64,000 nucleotides of DNA, from contig JBFXLE010000010.1 of assembly GCA_050173015.1 (NCBI GenBank), forward strand, positions 46,841-110,840, in the 5' to 3' direction. Shown here piece after piece: positions 19,280-29,963 of the stretch (the first letter of the stretch is position 1; each line of letters opens with the position of its first letter). A program made the translations under genes and the position numbers. The notes beneath the pieces are model-generated. The model was not told where the DNA came from. It saw only the letters and a list, made by a program, of their open reading frames with translations, and made no database searches. This stretch comes from Calditrichaceae bacterium. Lineage in GTDB: Bacteria > Calditrichota > Calditrichia > Calditrichales > JBFXGD01.

Positions 19280-19915
19280 TTAATATGCCAAGGCTTCAAT
19301 ATTGCCCGCGCCTTCGCGTAAAATCTGGGGATCCTCAGTTGTAAAATCGACAATTGTGGATGGTTGATTAAAGCTTATCCCCGCGTCCAGAATCAAATCT
19401 ATTTCATTTGCATAGCGCTGAGCAATTTCATCCGGGTCCGTGTAATATCCGTCATCACCAAGCGGCACACTTGTGCTTAAAATGGGTCTGCCTAGTTCCT
19501 TCGCCAGAGCGATAGCGACCGGTGAATCCGGGATCCTGATCCCCACTGTTTTTCTCTTTTGAAGAAGTATCTTTGGGACCTGTCTTGATGCTCTCAAAAT
19601 AAATGTGTAGGAACCGGGTGTCACGCGGCGCATAATCTTATACGCGTAATCCGGAACCTGAGCCCAATTGGATATATCCTTCAAATCCGGACAGATAAAG
19701 CTTAAAAGTTTATGATTTGAAGATTTCTTAATCCGGAATATCCGTTCCATGGCCTGTTTATGAAATAAATCGGCCCCAAGACCGTAAATAGTGTCTGTCG
19801 GGTAAACTACCACGCCACCATTTTTAAGCACTTCCGCAGCCTGTTTAATTAACCTGGGTTGCGGATTTTCCAAATAGACTTTTTGAACAGTAACCGCCAT
19901 ATAAAATCCATTCAT
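19280..19915 (-). CDS. tsaC: L-threonylcarbamoyladenylate synthase (TsaC/YrdC/Sua5 family)
   Basis: 211 aa. GGVVVYPTDTIYGLGAD and ...PSTIVD are the YrdC-domain signatures. The start may be MAVTV (19900). Confidence 0.85.
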   Translation of the reverse strand: MNGFYMAVTVQKVYLENPQPRLIKQAAEVLKNGGVVVYPTDTIYGLGADLFHKQAMERIFRIKKSSNHKLLSFICPDLKDISNWAQVPDYAYKIMRRVTPGSYTFILRASRQVPKILLQKRKTVGIRIPDSPVAIALAKELGRPILSTSVPLGDDGYYTDPDEIAQRYANEIDLILDAGISFNQPSTIVDFTTEDPQILREGAGNIEALAY

Positions 19916-20272
19916 TTTTTACGAAGAGTTAAATACAAAGAATTTCGACATCAGTCAAGCTAAATTATTATTCACTTGTTTTTTCAATTGTCTTTTTTAC
20001 TATATTTTTTCTAAAATGCGCATCATTTTTTGCGTGAGTTCTTCACTCTCTTTAAATTTGTTATGTCGAAAATTTATTTGGGCATCAGATTTAAATTTTA
20101 GACGGATGGTGTTTCCCTAATTTTTACTTACAATTTTTAAAGGAGTATCAAACTGAAAGGCATACAAAATCCACTGAAGAATCTGCATCAGATTGATCTT
20201 GATCAGCCTCTCAGAGGATATTATAAATTCATAAACTGCTGGCTTTACAGGGAGAATGATGTAACCATTATT

Positions 20273-21073
20273 GTGGATCACGGCCCCCGTTCATCATTTA
20301 CCTTTCTTAAAAAGGCCCTGAAATCGTTGGGGGTGGACCGAATTGATTATATACTACTCACACACATCCATATAGATCACGCGGGATGCTCGGGTCTTCT
20401 TGTCAAATCATATCCTACCGCAAAAGTAATCTGTCACCCAATAGGCATCCCCCACATGATTAATCCCTCTGATTTGTGGAAAGGTTCATTAAATATTCTG
20501 GGGAAACTGGCAGAAGTTTACGGAGAAATAGCTCCGGTCAAAGCCGATAAAATTTCATTTCTGCCGCAAATCAATGAACGGGGGGTCACAGTCGATGTGT
20601 ATGAAACACCCGGACACGCTTCGCACCATCTATGCTACCGTATAGGTGATATTCTTTTTGCCGGAGAAGCAGCGGGGGTAAATGTACCCTCTGAAAATAT
20701 GGAATATCTTAGGATTGCCACTCCGCCGGTATTTAAACATGATATTTATCATGCCTCCCTGGAAAAAGCGGCCTTGATACCGGCAAAATACGTATGTTTT
20801 GGTCATTACGGAATCAGTGAGAATCCGGATTCGGTTTTTGAGCGGGCGCGATTTCAGCTGTTTCTATGGATAAAAATTGTAGAAAGACATTTTCAGAGGG
20901 CATCCAATGACTTTTATGAAACTGTATTCAATGAATTACTGATATCGGATCCATCCATTTCTGCCTTTTCTTCTCTTCCGGAAGATATTCGGGAACGAGA
21001 AAAATATTTTGCTTTTAACAGCATAAAAGGAATGTATGAATATATTGCCGGGCTGCAGCAATCTGATCCGTAA
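20273..21073 (+). CDS. MBL-fold metallo-hydrolase
   Basis: HIHIDHAG (the HxHxDH motif), then TPGHASHH and FGHYG. The frame is open and family-like back to 20141; see the finding on a possible CTG start at 20153. Confidence 0.8.
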   Translation: MDHGPRSSFTFLKKALKSLGVDRIDYILLTHIHIDHAGCSGLLVKSYPTAKVICHPIGIPHMINPSDLWKGSLNILGKLAEVYGEIAPVKADKISFLPQINERGVTVDVYETPGHASHHLCYRIGDILFAGEAAGVNVPSENMEYLRIATPPVFKHDIYHASLEKAALIPAKYVCFGHYGISENPDSVFERARFQLFLWIKIVERHFQRASNDFYETVFNELLISDPSISAFSSLPEDIREREKYFAFNSIKGMYEYIAGLQQSDP

Positions 21074-21106
21074 ATTTGGTTTTTAACAGATGACAGGAGC
21101 AACTCC

Positions 21107-23284
21107 ATGAGACAATTTTTTCATACAATACTTTTGACCGTTATTCTTACGGTTAATCTCTTTGCATCAGGGAAAGAGCTCACCGTGGAAGATATTTATA
21201 GTTCCGGGCAATTTTACGGCCGCTCGCCGGCCGGATTAAACTGGGTACCCGGAGAAAACGCCTATTCTTTTATAAAATATGAGGGTGTAAGCCGCCTGCC
21301 GGTGTTATACAAATTTGATCTTAAAAGTCAAAAAGAAATCGCTCTTCTTGACAGCGCCATCCTTAAATCCCCTGATGATCAAAAGCCTCTCCGCTGGTCC
21401 TCTTGTAAATGGTCCGACAGCGGCTCAAAAATCCTGCTGACCTCTCATATGGAGTATATCTGGAGACATTCGAGACAAGCTATTTATTATATTTATGACT
21501 TCAAGTCAAAAACGTTGCGGAAAATTTCCAGGGATGGCAAGGCCTTATCGAATGTTAAATTTTCTCCTGATGAATCCATGGTCGGATATGTTTTAGAGAA
21601 CAATCTTTATATGATGAATTTGCTTTCCGGAGATGTCACTCAATTGACATCTGACGGATCCGACACCATCATCAACGGTCAATTTGACTGGGTTTATGAG
21701 GAAGAATTCGCCATTTCAGACGGCTGGGAGTGGTCACCGGACGGGAAGAAAATTGCCTTCTGGAGACTTGATCAATCACCGGAGCCGAAGTTCAGCTGGA
21801 TTGATTTCGATCCTGTAAACGGTTCTGTTGAAACCATCCGGTATCCGAAAGCGGGTGATCCGAACGCATTGGTGAAAATCGGAGTCTTCGATCTCATTTC
21901 CGGCCAAACGACCTGGATGGATACAGGGAATGAGCCGGACATCTATATTCCACGGATAAAATGGACACAAAACCCGGATATTTTGTCTATTCAAAGGTTG
22001 AACCGGCTTCAGAACAAGCTCGAACTAATGTTGGCGGATGCCAAATCGGGAAAGACAAAAACAATTCTGACCGAAACAGATCCCTGCTGGATTGATGTTG
22101 CCGACGATCTTGTTTTTTTGAAAAACAAGCGGGAATTTGTGTGGACTTCCGAGAGGGATGGTTATAAGCATATCTATCTTTATAATATGGATGGTAAATT
22201 AATTCGTCAGTTGACCGGGGGATCATGGGAAGTAAAAAACGTCAGCGGTTTTGACGGGAATTTGCTGTTTTTTGATGCCAACAAAGACAACATGAATGAA
22301 AACCATTTCTTCAGCATCGATTTGAAGGGCCGCAATCTTAAAAAGATCACACATATTCCCGGATGGCACCGGGCGACATTCTCTTCAGATTATAAATATT
22401 TTTTCCATTCTTATTCCAATGTTAAAACTCCCACAAAATATTTGATTTCCGGGATAAACGGCAAAGCAATCCAGCCAATCGAAGAAAATAATATTGAAGC
22501 GTTAAACGAGTATGAACTCTCCTATCCCGAATTTTTTATGTTCAGGACCGAAGACGGTGAAATGCTGAACGCGATGATGATTAAACCGGTTGATTTCGAC
22601 GCGAAAAAGAAGTATCCCGTTTTAATTTACGGATACAGCGGGCCCGAGTCTCAAACTGTACGTAACAGCTGGGGCAGGACGACATTCCTGTGGCACAATC
22701 TTCTCGCCCAGAAGGGTTATATTATTTTTACGCTTGACAACCGCGGGACCGGCGGACGCGGTAAAGCCTTCAAAAACTTAGCCTACGGTGATATGGGCAA
22801 ATGGGCGGTGCATGACCATATTCAGGGCGCGAAATATCTCGCCGGAATGCCTTATGTTGACAAAGACAGAATCGGTATCTGGGGATGGAGCGGCGGTGGA
22901 TGGCTGACATTGATGTCGATGACAAAAGCATCCGACTATTTTAAGGCCGGTGTTGCCGTGGCTCCTGTCAGCGATTTTCGCTTGTATGATACCATTTATA
23001 CCGAAAGGTACCTGGGTTTGCCATCGATGAACGAAGCCGGGTATGATTCATCATCCGCCCTGAGTTTTACGGATCGTTACAAGGGTGGACTACTTATCGT
23101 TCACGGGTCCGCGGACGACAATGTGCATTATCAGAATAGCATGCAGTTTATCAAAAAGCTTCAATTGCGTGGCAAACAATTTGATTTGATGATCTATCCC
23201 GGATTGAATCACGGGATTCACGCCCGGAACAGTTATCTGCACCTTTTTACAATGATCACCAATTTTATATTGACAAATTTATAA
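21107..23284 (+). CDS. S9B family dipeptidyl-peptidase IV-like serine peptidase
   Basis: 725 aa. Signal peptide, N-terminal DPP-IV beta-propeller (WSPDGKKIAF), and the catalytic triad context GIWGWSGGG (Ser), VHGSADDNVH (Asp), YPGLNHGI (His). Confidence 0.9.
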   Translation: MRQFFHTILLTVILTVNLFASGKELTVEDIYSSGQFYGRSPAGLNWVPGENAYSFIKYEGVSRLPVLYKFDLKSQKEIALLDSAILKSPDDQKPLRWSSCKWSDSGSKILLTSHMEYIWRHSRQAIYYIYDFKSKTLRKISRDGKALSNVKFSPDESMVGYVLENNLYMMNLLSGDVTQLTSDGSDTIINGQFDWVYEEEFAISDGWEWSPDGKKIAFWRLDQSPEPKFSWIDFDPVNGSVETIRYPKAGDPNALVKIGVFDLISGQTTWMDTGNEPDIYIPRIKWTQNPDILSIQRLNRLQNKLELMLADAKSGKTKTILTETDPCWIDVADDLVFLKNKREFVWTSERDGYKHIYLYNMDGKLIRQLTGGSWEVKNVSGFDGNLLFFDANKDNMNENHFFSIDLKGRNLKKITHIPGWHRATFSSDYKYFFHSYSNVKTPTKYLISGINGKAIQPIEENNIEALNEYELSYPEFFMFRTEDGEMLNAMMIKPVDFDAKKKYPVLIYGYSGPESQTVRNSWGRTTFLWHNLLAQKGYIIFTLDNRGTGGRGKAFKNLAYGDMGKWAVHDHIQGAKYLAGMPYVDKDRIGIWGWSGGGWLTLMSMTKASDYFKAGVAVAPVSDFRLYDTIYTERYLGLPSMNEAGYDSSSALSFTDRYKGGLLIVHGSADDNVHYQNSMQFIKKLQLRGKQFDLMIYPGLNHGIHARNSYLHLFTMITNFILTNL

Positions 23285-23832
23285 TTACATCAAAGATACC
23301 CTCGCTGACAGGTGAGGGATATCTTTTCCAGTTGAAGTTTATACAAATTCCCACATAATATTCCATTATCTTTCAAACTCGTATCGCATTTAAGATGCCT
23401 TTTACCGGTTGACATTGATATTTTTTTTATTGAGGGAAAAACATATTGAAGCATGTTAAAGGGAAAAACTCAAAACTATCTAAATATCATGACGGCGATT
23501 TTAAAAAGGCGTGATATTTTATAATCTGAAAAGTAAGACCCGAATTTTTGGAAAGTAAAGCCCGGGATTCAGAATTTATCAGGTTATTATTTTCCTAATC
23601 ATCATAAGAGTGTAAATTAGTAAAAATTTGTTTGCTGATATAATTATGAAATCTTATATTCTCTTTTAATAATATTTTGTTAAATTTGGGAATTACGCGC
23701 AAAAAGGATATTCACCTTACGGAAAGGTCATTGAAATATATTTTATTGTGAAAGATTTACTGAACCCCCCGGTTCTGATTAATTTTTTAAGTTCACAAAA
23801 ACAAAAACCGTCTAACTAGCGGAGCTTGTACC

Positions 23833-24525
23833 ATGATTCGATTTTCAACATCTTCTTTATCCTCTGTCGGCAAGAAGATCTTCATGGGCCTGACGGGGCT
23901 GCTTCTCAGCGGCTTCATCGTAGTCCATCTTCTGGGAAATCTTGCTCTATTGAGTCCGGACAAAGATCCTTTTAACAAGTATGCTCATTTTCTGCAGAGC
24001 CTTGGAACTTCAATTTACATTGCGGAAATCATACTTGCTTCAATCTTCCTGATTCATTTTTTTGATGCTATTCTCATTACCTGGGGTAACTGGAAGGCGC
24101 GTCCTACCGGCTACAAAGTAGTGACAAACGCGAAAGGCGCGAGCAGAAAATCTATCGCCTCAACGACGATGATATATACCGGCCTGATTATCATTACATT
24201 TACGGTTCTCCACCTTTTTCATTTCAAATACGGCGCGATTGTCGAATACACAACCGCCGATGGGCAGAACATTCGCGACCTCTATGTTATCGTGTATGAA
24301 TTCTTTGCCAGCATTCTTAATGTTGTTTTTTATGTAGCCGTAATGGTTTTGCTGGGCTTTCATTTGAGCCATGGTTTTTGGAGCGCTTTTCAGTCGCTTG
24401 GTCTTAGCGGCAAAAGATTCACCGTTTTTATTCAGGGCTTTGCCTACCTGTTTGCCGTTATCATGGCTATTGGCTTTGTTTTTATACCTATCTGGATTTA
24501 TTTTAGAGCAGGAGGGGCACTATGA
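23833..24525 (+). CDS. sdhC: succinate dehydrogenase/fumarate reductase cytochrome b subunit (b558-type, 5 TM)
   Basis: 230 aa with five hydrophobic helices carrying conserved His residues. It lies directly upstream of the flavoprotein gene and overlaps it by 4 nt (ATGA). Confidence 0.8.
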   Translation: MIRFSTSSLSSVGKKIFMGLTGLLLSGFIVVHLLGNLALLSPDKDPFNKYAHFLQSLGTSIYIAEIILASIFLIHFFDAILITWGNWKARPTGYKVVTNAKGASRKSIASTTMIYTGLIIITFTVLHLFHFKYGAIVEYTTADGQNIRDLYVIVYEFFASILNVVFYVAVMVLLGFHLSHGFWSAFQSLGLSGKRFTVFIQGFAYLFAVIMAIGFVFIPIWIYFRAGGAL

Positions 24526-26435
24526 AACTAGATTCAAAAATTCCGAGCGGTCCCCTGGCCGAGAAATGGGATAAACATAAATTTGATATAAAAGTTGTCA
24601 ATCCCAAAAACAAGAGAAAATTTACGGTAATTGTGGTGGGTACCGGCCTGGCCGGCGCATCCGCCGCGGCTTCGCTTGGTGAACTTGGATATAATGTACT
24701 TAATTTCTGCATTCAGGATTCTCCCCGTCGCGCGCACAGTATCGCTGCCCAGGGCGGAATCAATGCCGCCAAAAATTATCAGAATGACGGCGACAGCGTA
24801 TGGCGCTTATTTCATGACACCATAAAGGGCGGCGATTACCGCGCCCGTGAAGCCAATGTGTACCGTCTTGCTCAGGTGAGCAACAATATCATTGATCAGG
24901 CTGTCGCTCAGGGTGTTCCTTTTGCAAGGGAATACGGCGGCTTGTTTGCTAACCGATCTTTTGGCGGCGCGCTCGTATCCCGAACGTTTTACGCCCGGGG
25001 ACAGACGGGACAACAGCTGCTGCTGGGAGCCTACAGTTCTCTGATGGCGCAGGTGGAAGCAGGAACCGTTAAATTGTACACCAGACGCGAAATGCTTGAA
25101 CTTGTCGTTATCGACGGTAAAGCGCGGGGCATTGTTACACGCAACTTGATCACCGGTGAAACTGAACGATTCGCGGCCGACGCCGTTGTTCTGGGTACCG
25201 GGGGATACGCCACCGCATATTATCTTTCCACATTAGCAGTCAATTCAAACGCGACCGCCATATGGCGCGCGCATAAAAAAGGCGCTTTATTCGGAAATCC
25301 GTGCTTCGTTCAAATCCACCCGACATGTATTCCGAGATCCGGCGACTATCAGTCAAAACTTACTCTGATGAGTGAAAGCCTCCGTAACGACGGCCGGGTG
25401 TGGGTGCCTAAGAAAAAAGGTGACAAACGCCCACCAAATGAAATTCCCGAAAACGAACGGGATTATTATCTTGAAAGAAAATATCCGACCTTTGGAAACA
25501 TGGTTCCCCGCGATGTGGCCTCGAGAAACGCGAAGGACATGTGTGATGAAGGAAAAGGAGTCGGTGAAACGGGTCTGGCGGTGTATCTTGATTTTAAAGA
25601 CGCCATCAATCATTTCGGTCGGGAAACGATTGAGGAACGTTACGGCAACCTGTTTGAAATGTACAAAGAAATTACTAATGAAGACGCATATGAAGTCCCA
25701 ATGCGTATTTATCCCGCTCCGCATTATACCATGGGTGGTCTTTGGGTTGATTACAACCTGATGAGTAACATTCCGGGTCTGCACGTGATCGGTGAAGCCA
25801 ACTTCTCTGATCACGGCGCTAACCGCCTCGGCGCCAGCGCTTTAATGCAGGGTCTTTCAGACGGTTACTTTGTACTTCCTTATACAATTGGTCATTATCT
25901 CGGCGGAACCAAGCTCGAGAAAGTAACGACTGATCATGAGGCTTTCAAGGAAGCTGAAGCTGAAGCCAACGAAAGATTCGATAAGCTCCTGGCTGTAAAA
26001 GGAAACAAAACGGTCAAGGAGTTCCATACTGAACTTGGTAATATCTTATGGAATTATGTCGGTATGGGCAGGACTGAAGAAGGTCTGAAAAAAGCCCTTG
26101 AACTGATCCCGAAACTGCGTGAAGAATTCTGGAAAAACGTTAAGGTGGTCGGTACTAAGGATTCGCTAAACAAAAACCTTGAATTCGCGGGCCGTGTTGC
26201 CGATTACATGGAACTTGCCGAACTGATGGCACAGGACGCGCTACATAGAGTTGAATCCTGCGGTGGTCACTTCCGGGAAGAAAGTCAGACCGAAGAGGGC
26301 GAAGCCTTACGCGACGATGAAAATTTTAGCTATGTTGCCGCCTGGGAATATAAAGGCCTGGGCAATAGGTGGGAATTGCATAAAGAACCACTTGAATTTG
26401 AAAATGTAACCCCAACCCAGCGTAGCTATAAGTAA
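24522..26435 (+). CDS. sdhA: succinate dehydrogenase/fumarate reductase flavoprotein subunit
   Basis: 637 aa. FAD fold [46 protein letters not shown]. Confidence 0.95.
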   Translation: MKLDSKIPSGPLAEKWDKHKFDIKVVNPKNKRKFTVIVVGTGLAGASAAASLGELGYNVLNFCIQDSPRRAHSIAAQGGINAAKNYQNDGDSVWRLFHDTIKGGDYRAREANVYRLAQVSNNIIDQAVAQGVPFAREYGGLFANRSFGGALVSRTFYARGQTGQQLLLGAYSSLMAQVEAGTVKLYTRREMLELVVIDGKARGIVTRNLITGETERFAADAVVLGTGGYATAYYLSTLAVNSNATAIWRAHKKGALFGNPCFVQIHPTCIPRSGDYQSKLTLMSESLRNDGRVWVPKKKGDKRPPNEIPENERDYYLERKYPTFGNMVPRDVASRNAKDMCDEGKGVGETGLAVYLDFKDAINHFGRETIEERYGNLFEMYKEITNEDAYEVPMRIYPAPHYTMGGLWVDYNLMSNIPGLHVIGEANFSDHGANRLGASALMQGLSDGYFVLPYTIGHYLGGTKLEKVTTDHEAFKEAEAEANERFDKLLAVKGNKTVKEFHTELGNILWNYVGMGRTEEGLKKALELIPKLREEFWKNVKVVGTKDSLNKNLEFAGRVADYMELAELMAQDALHRVESCGGHFREESQTEEGEALRDDENFSYVAAWEYKGLGNRWELHKEPLEFENVTPTQRSYK

Positions 26436-26446
26436 GGAGGCGGAAA

Positions 26447-27205
26447 ATGCAAGAGAAAAAAAATCTGACAATATATGTAAAAGCATGGCGTCAGGCCGAT
26501 GCTAAATCTAAAGGTAAATTCGTTAAATACACGGTTAATGATGTTAATCCTGACATGTCCTTTCTTGAAATGCTGGACGTTCTGAACGAAGATCTCATCA
26601 AGAAAGACGAAATACCCGTTGAATTCGATAATGACTGCCGCGAAGGTATCTGCGGTATGTGTGGACTTGTGATCAACGGTACCGCTCATGGACCAAAAAG
26701 CGGGACCACGACCTGTGAAGTCCGCATGCGTCAGTTCAAAAGCGGGGATACCATTCACGTAGAACCATGGAGGGCGAAAGCTTTTCCATTGATCAAAGAT
26801 CTTGTTGTTGACCGTACAGCGATAGACCGGATCATGGCGAAGGGCGGTTATATCAGTGTTCGTACAGGCGGCGCTCCGGAAGCCAGCGCGATTCTGGTGC
26901 CAAAAGAAGAATCCGATATTGCAATGGATATGGCCGCGTGCATCGGCTGCGGCGCTTGTGTGGCTGCATGTCCTAACGCCTCGGCGGCATTGGTCGTCAG
27001 CGCGAAGATTTCACAATTTGCCTTACTGCCGCAAGGACAGCCCGAGGCAAAGCGGCGCGTTGAAAAAATGGTGGCGCAGATGGATGAAGAACAATTCGGC
27101 GCGTGTTCCAATCATGGTGAATGCGAAGCTGTCTGTCCGAAGAATATTTCTATCTCGGCGATTGCCCGCATGAGACGTGAGTACCTCAAAGCCGCTGTGA
27201 GCTGA
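26447..27205 (+). CDS. sdhB: succinate dehydrogenase/fumarate reductase iron-sulfur subunit
   Basis: 252 aa with three Cys clusters: [10 protein letters not shown] (2Fe-2S), [12 protein letters not shown] (4Fe-4S), [12 protein letters not shown] (3Fe-4S). Confidence 0.95.
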   Translation: MQEKKNLTIYVKAWRQADAKSKGKFVKYTVNDVNPDMSFLEMLDVLNEDLIKKDEIPVEFDNDCREGICGMCGLVINGTAHGPKSGTTTCEVRMRQFKSGDTIHVEPWRAKAFPLIKDLVVDRTAIDRIMAKGGYISVRTGGAPEASAILVPKEESDIAMDMAACIGCGACVAACPNASAALVVSAKISQFALLPQGQPEAKRRVEKMVAQMDEEQFGACSNHGECEAVCPKNISISAIARMRREYLKAAVS

Positions 27206-27224
27206 GCAAATTGTTTTATAATTG

Positions 27225-27263
27225 AAAAAGGCATGACGCGATTTGCGTCATGCCTTTTTTTTT
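27225..27263. terminator. bidirectional intrinsic terminator after sdhB and after the convergent OMP gene
   Basis: Perfect 10-bp stem GGCATGACGC (27230-27239) / GCGTCATGCC (27245-27254), with an A-run before and a T9 run after. Confidence 0.8.
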
Positions 27264-27284
27264 GGAGGAGTGCCGGATGTTAAT

Positions 27285-28655
27285 TTAGAAACTAAACTTC
27301 AGACCAACTAAAACTTTTGTTGTCGTAATATCTTCTGTGGTTAAGGCAGTGCTTGTGTAAAGATAAGCCGATTGATTTTCCCATGTTCCTCGTGTATAAC
27401 TCACATCAAGAGTAGTGCTTTTATCAATTTTATACCCGATGCCGCCGCTATAATATACCTTGTCAAAACCACCGTCACCCTCTTTTAACGGTGTCGGTAC
27501 CCTCCGGTAACCGGCCCGAAGAAACATACCCGAATCCATGACATTGAATTCTCCGCCCAGACTGTATGAAAGAACCGCTCTGTAATCATCTCTGATCACC
27601 GCGTTTTCATCAAGCAAATCCCTGTAATCTGACGCGGAACGGTCTGAAGGAACCGCATACTCTACCTGTGACCAGTCACGATAATCCATCGACGCGCTCA
27701 ATAAAAAATATCTTTGCTGAAAAGAAATTCCGGCGCCGAATTTAAACGGGACCTTGATATCATAATCAAATTCACCGGATCCTAGATCGAGCGCTTCATA
27801 GCTGAGATCATCATATCCAATTTCATCATTTTCCGACCAGGATTCATCTACCGTCAGGGTCATCGGGAATGTAATTGTCGCTCCCAGCCTCACCTGCTCA
27901 GATATACGGAACAGTCCGCCCAGCTTCAGTTCAAGACCTGAATAATCGCTTACTATTTTTTGCTGATACAGATAATAATCGAAGTCAATCGGATTCGTAT
28001 CGAATCTGTAAATATTGTCTATGTCTTCCTGCAGATAGTCGGAAGTATATGTACTGCTTCCACCATAAAAATTGATGGTCAGACCCGCTGAGAAATTTGG
28101 AGAAAGATCCATTGCCGCGCCGAATGACCATTGACTCAGATTACCGTCATTATAAACTGTCTGCGTGCGTTGGACCCCGCTGTCAAAATACACTTCACCG
28201 ATCTGATCGCCGTAATCAAAGTATAATCCGTTGCTGTTACTGTCATAACCCGAGAAATTCAGAAAACTGTCTAAATCCTTTATACGCTGATATCCAAAGG
28301 CGAAAACCAGGCTGCCTCTCAGAACCGGAAACGGATACGCGATCCCGATGCTTTGCAATTTTGTAAAAGTCCGGTTATCCGACAAATCTGATCCGTAATA
28401 TCTGGCGCTGTTATCAAAATTGAGATTGTACAAGTCTCCCCAGACCTGACCCTGGCGCATCTGAGCGAGTCCCGCGGGATTAAAGTAAATTGCTGAATAA
28501 TCATCCGCGACTCCTGTGTAGGCGTTTCCCATCGCCGCGGCCCGCGCTCCGATTCCACCTTCATTTTCAAGCAGTTCAATGGCTTCATCCGCGCTCTGGG
28601 CGATTAGCTGATTTATAAATATAAGTGTAAACATTATTAACAGTAAGTTTCGCAT
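27285..28655 (-). CDS. outer-membrane beta-barrel protein, FadL/PorV-like family
   Basis: 456 aa. Signal peptide. The N-terminal motif GARAAAMGNAYTGVADDYSAIYFNPAGLA is characteristic of FadL/TodX and PorV/PorQ-type barrels. It ends ...VGLKFSF. Confidence 0.6.
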   Translation of the reverse strand: MRNLLLIMFTLIFINQLIAQSADEAIELLENEGGIGARAAAMGNAYTGVADDYSAIYFNPAGLAQMRQGQVWGDLYNLNFDNSARYYGSDLSDNRTFTKLQSIGIAYPFPVLRGSLVFAFGYQRIKDLDSFLNFSGYDSNSNGLYFDYGDQIGEVYFDSGVQRTQTVYNDGNLSQWSFGAAMDLSPNFSAGLTINFYGGSSTYTSDYLQEDIDNIYRFDTNPIDFDYYLYQQKIVSDYSGLELKLGGLFRISEQVRLGATITFPMTLTVDESWSENDEIGYDDLSYEALDLGSGEFDYDIKVPFKFGAGISFQQRYFLLSASMDYRDWSQVEYAVPSDRSASDYRDLLDENAVIRDDYRAVLSYSLGGEFNVMDSGMFLRAGYRRVPTPLKEGDGGFDKVYYSGGIGYKIDKSTTLDVSYTRGTWENQSAYLYTSTALTTEDITTTKVLVGLKFSF

Positions 28656-28678
28656 GGTTCCTTCCTTTCTCAGAATGA

Positions 28679-29809
28679 TTATCTGCGCGACCGAGTGCTG
28701 CTTTTACCTGATGAACCAGAACTTGATGATTTGCTGCTGCTTCCCGATGATTTCGCCGGCGTCGATCTGACTGTTGATGTTGAACGTGACGGCGGACTAT
28801 AACTGCTCTTACTTCCGGATGATTTTGTTGACCCGGATCTGGAAACCGATGAACTGCTTCTCGGCTTACTCACCGTTGATTTTTTATCCGAACCCGAATC
28901 ACTGCTCTTTTTCGCGTCAGTCCCTCGTTTTTTGGTACTTGAAGTTGTCGTGCGGTAATACTTGCGAACCGGTGTGTTTTTGCTTCGCTCAACAGCCTTA
29001 TCCTGCGCGCCTGAATTCTGCCCGTCCCTGACGGTATTTGTTTCTGAATTATCTTGAGTACGCTTTACTCTTGTCGTTTTGTCTGTACGACCGGATTTTG
29101 TGTCTGTTCTGCCGGAAGATTTTGAATCACCCTGATTCACCGTTCTTACAGGTCTGCTGCTGACTTCCGTGCTCCGGGTTTTACCTTCGGAGCTTTCACC
29201 CGGGCTGCCTGAAACAGCGCCGGCGCCGGGAGCCTGCCGCACCGGGACAAACGTTTGCTGATCATTGTTTCTGGAACTCACCTCGCTGCTTGTCCTCGCT
29301 GAGCGGACAACACCGGACGCGGATGACTGGCGTTTGTTGAAAGAGCGCTTTTCATAATTTTTCCACGAATAATAATTGTTGTCGTAATGATGATAGTATG
29401 GATAACCATAGTAATAGTCATGATAATACGGACCATAGCCAAAAGTATAGATCGGATACCAGCGGTCATAAGGCCAATACCATCTGTCATAATGATGCGC
29501 CCATGGATAGGCGGAGATTACAATATAGGGTCCGGAATAATAATATGAATCATACCATGGATCCCAGGGATCATAAACTGAATAACGGTAACTGTAAACG
29601 GCAGGATAATCATAAATATAATACCGGGATATATAGGTGTTCCCCTGTTCATCCTCATAATAGACTTCTTCATCATAATATGGTTCTTCCTGCTCGGTGT
29701 ACACTGCATCATCCCGATGCGCAAGGGCAAGCTGAGTATAACATGAAGTTGTTATAAGACTCATCACTGCCGTTAGGATCAGGATCTTGATTAAACTTAT
29801 CCTGTTCAT
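28679..29809 (-). CDS. hypothetical lipoprotein: Tyr/Trp/Pro/Asp-rich N-domain plus a long basic Ser/Thr-rich disordered tail
   Basis: Lipobox LITTS-C-YTQ. About 120 aa are extremely aromatic (YDRWYWPYDRWYPIYTFGYGPYYHDYYYGYPYYHHYDNNYY), followed by about 220 aa rich in S/T/K/R/G. The track ORF starts at TTG 29824; ATG 29809 (MNRISLIK) is preceded by GAGGAG. Confidence 0.7.
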   Translation of the reverse strand: MNRISLIKILILTAVMSLITTSCYTQLALAHRDDAVYTEQEEPYYDEEVYYEDEQGNTYISRYYIYDYPAVYSYRYSVYDPWDPWYDSYYYSGPYIVISAYPWAHHYDRWYWPYDRWYPIYTFGYGPYYHDYYYGYPYYHHYDNNYYSWKNYEKRSFNKRQSSASGVVRSARTSSEVSSRNNDQQTFVPVRQAPGAGAVSGSPGESSEGKTRSTEVSSRPVRTVNQGDSKSSGRTDTKSGRTDKTTRVKRTQDNSETNTVRDGQNSGAQDKAVERSKNTPVRKYYRTTTSSTKKRGTDAKKSSDSGSDKKSTVSKPRSSSSVSRSGSTKSSGSKSSYSPPSRSTSTVRSTPAKSSGSSSKSSSSGSSGKSSTRSRR

Positions 29810-29846
29810 TTTATCACTCCTCAAAGTTAATCACTCAATATAATAT

Positions 29847-29865
29847 ATGTCAAATATCATGCCAG
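29847..29865 (-). promoter_or_regulatory. sigma-54-like -24/-12 element upstream of the Tyr-rich lipoprotein gene
   Basis: The minus strand reads CTGGCATGATATTTGACAT, i.e. TGGCAT-N5-TTGA versus the consensus TGGCAC-N5-TTGC(A/T). The -12 GC is GA here. It lies about 39 nt upstream of ATG 29809. Confidence 0.4.
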
Positions 29866-29926
29866 ACTTTTTCCGGCTGTCAGCCCTTATTTGACGGGCG
29901 CCAATTAAAAATGAAGAAAAATATCG

Positions 29927-29963
29927 TGTAAACTCAGTTTACATGTAATCGGGTTGTGTAAAC
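29927..29963. promoter_or_regulatory. candidate enhancer (UAS): TGTAAAC-N3-GTTTACA palindrome plus a third TGTAAAC half-site
   Basis: TGTAAAC (29927-29933), TCA, GTTTACA (29937-29943), and TGTAAAC again at 29957-29963. These lie about 65-115 bp upstream of the sigma-54-like element and just downstream of the operon encoding a sigma-54 EBP. Confidence 0.4.

Noticed and set aside
23285-23832. A 550-bp AT-rich gap upstream of sdhC, considered as a possible ncRNA or riboswitch.
   Set aside because: I could find no conserved-looking helices, repeats or known leader motifs by eye. It is most simply a long promoter/regulatory region.
25353-25814. Long antisense or alternative-frame ORFs inside well-supported genes. 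Examples: 25353..25814 in sdhA, 46744..47235 in the ABC ATPase, 58613..59245 in the S46 peptidase, 53133..53519 in mlaE, 35904..36281 in the subtilase, and 17696..18121 in the MATE gene.
   Set aside because: In each case the opposite strand or frame encodes a full-length protein with unmistakable family motifs. The shadow ORFs have no motifs and have low-complexity composition.
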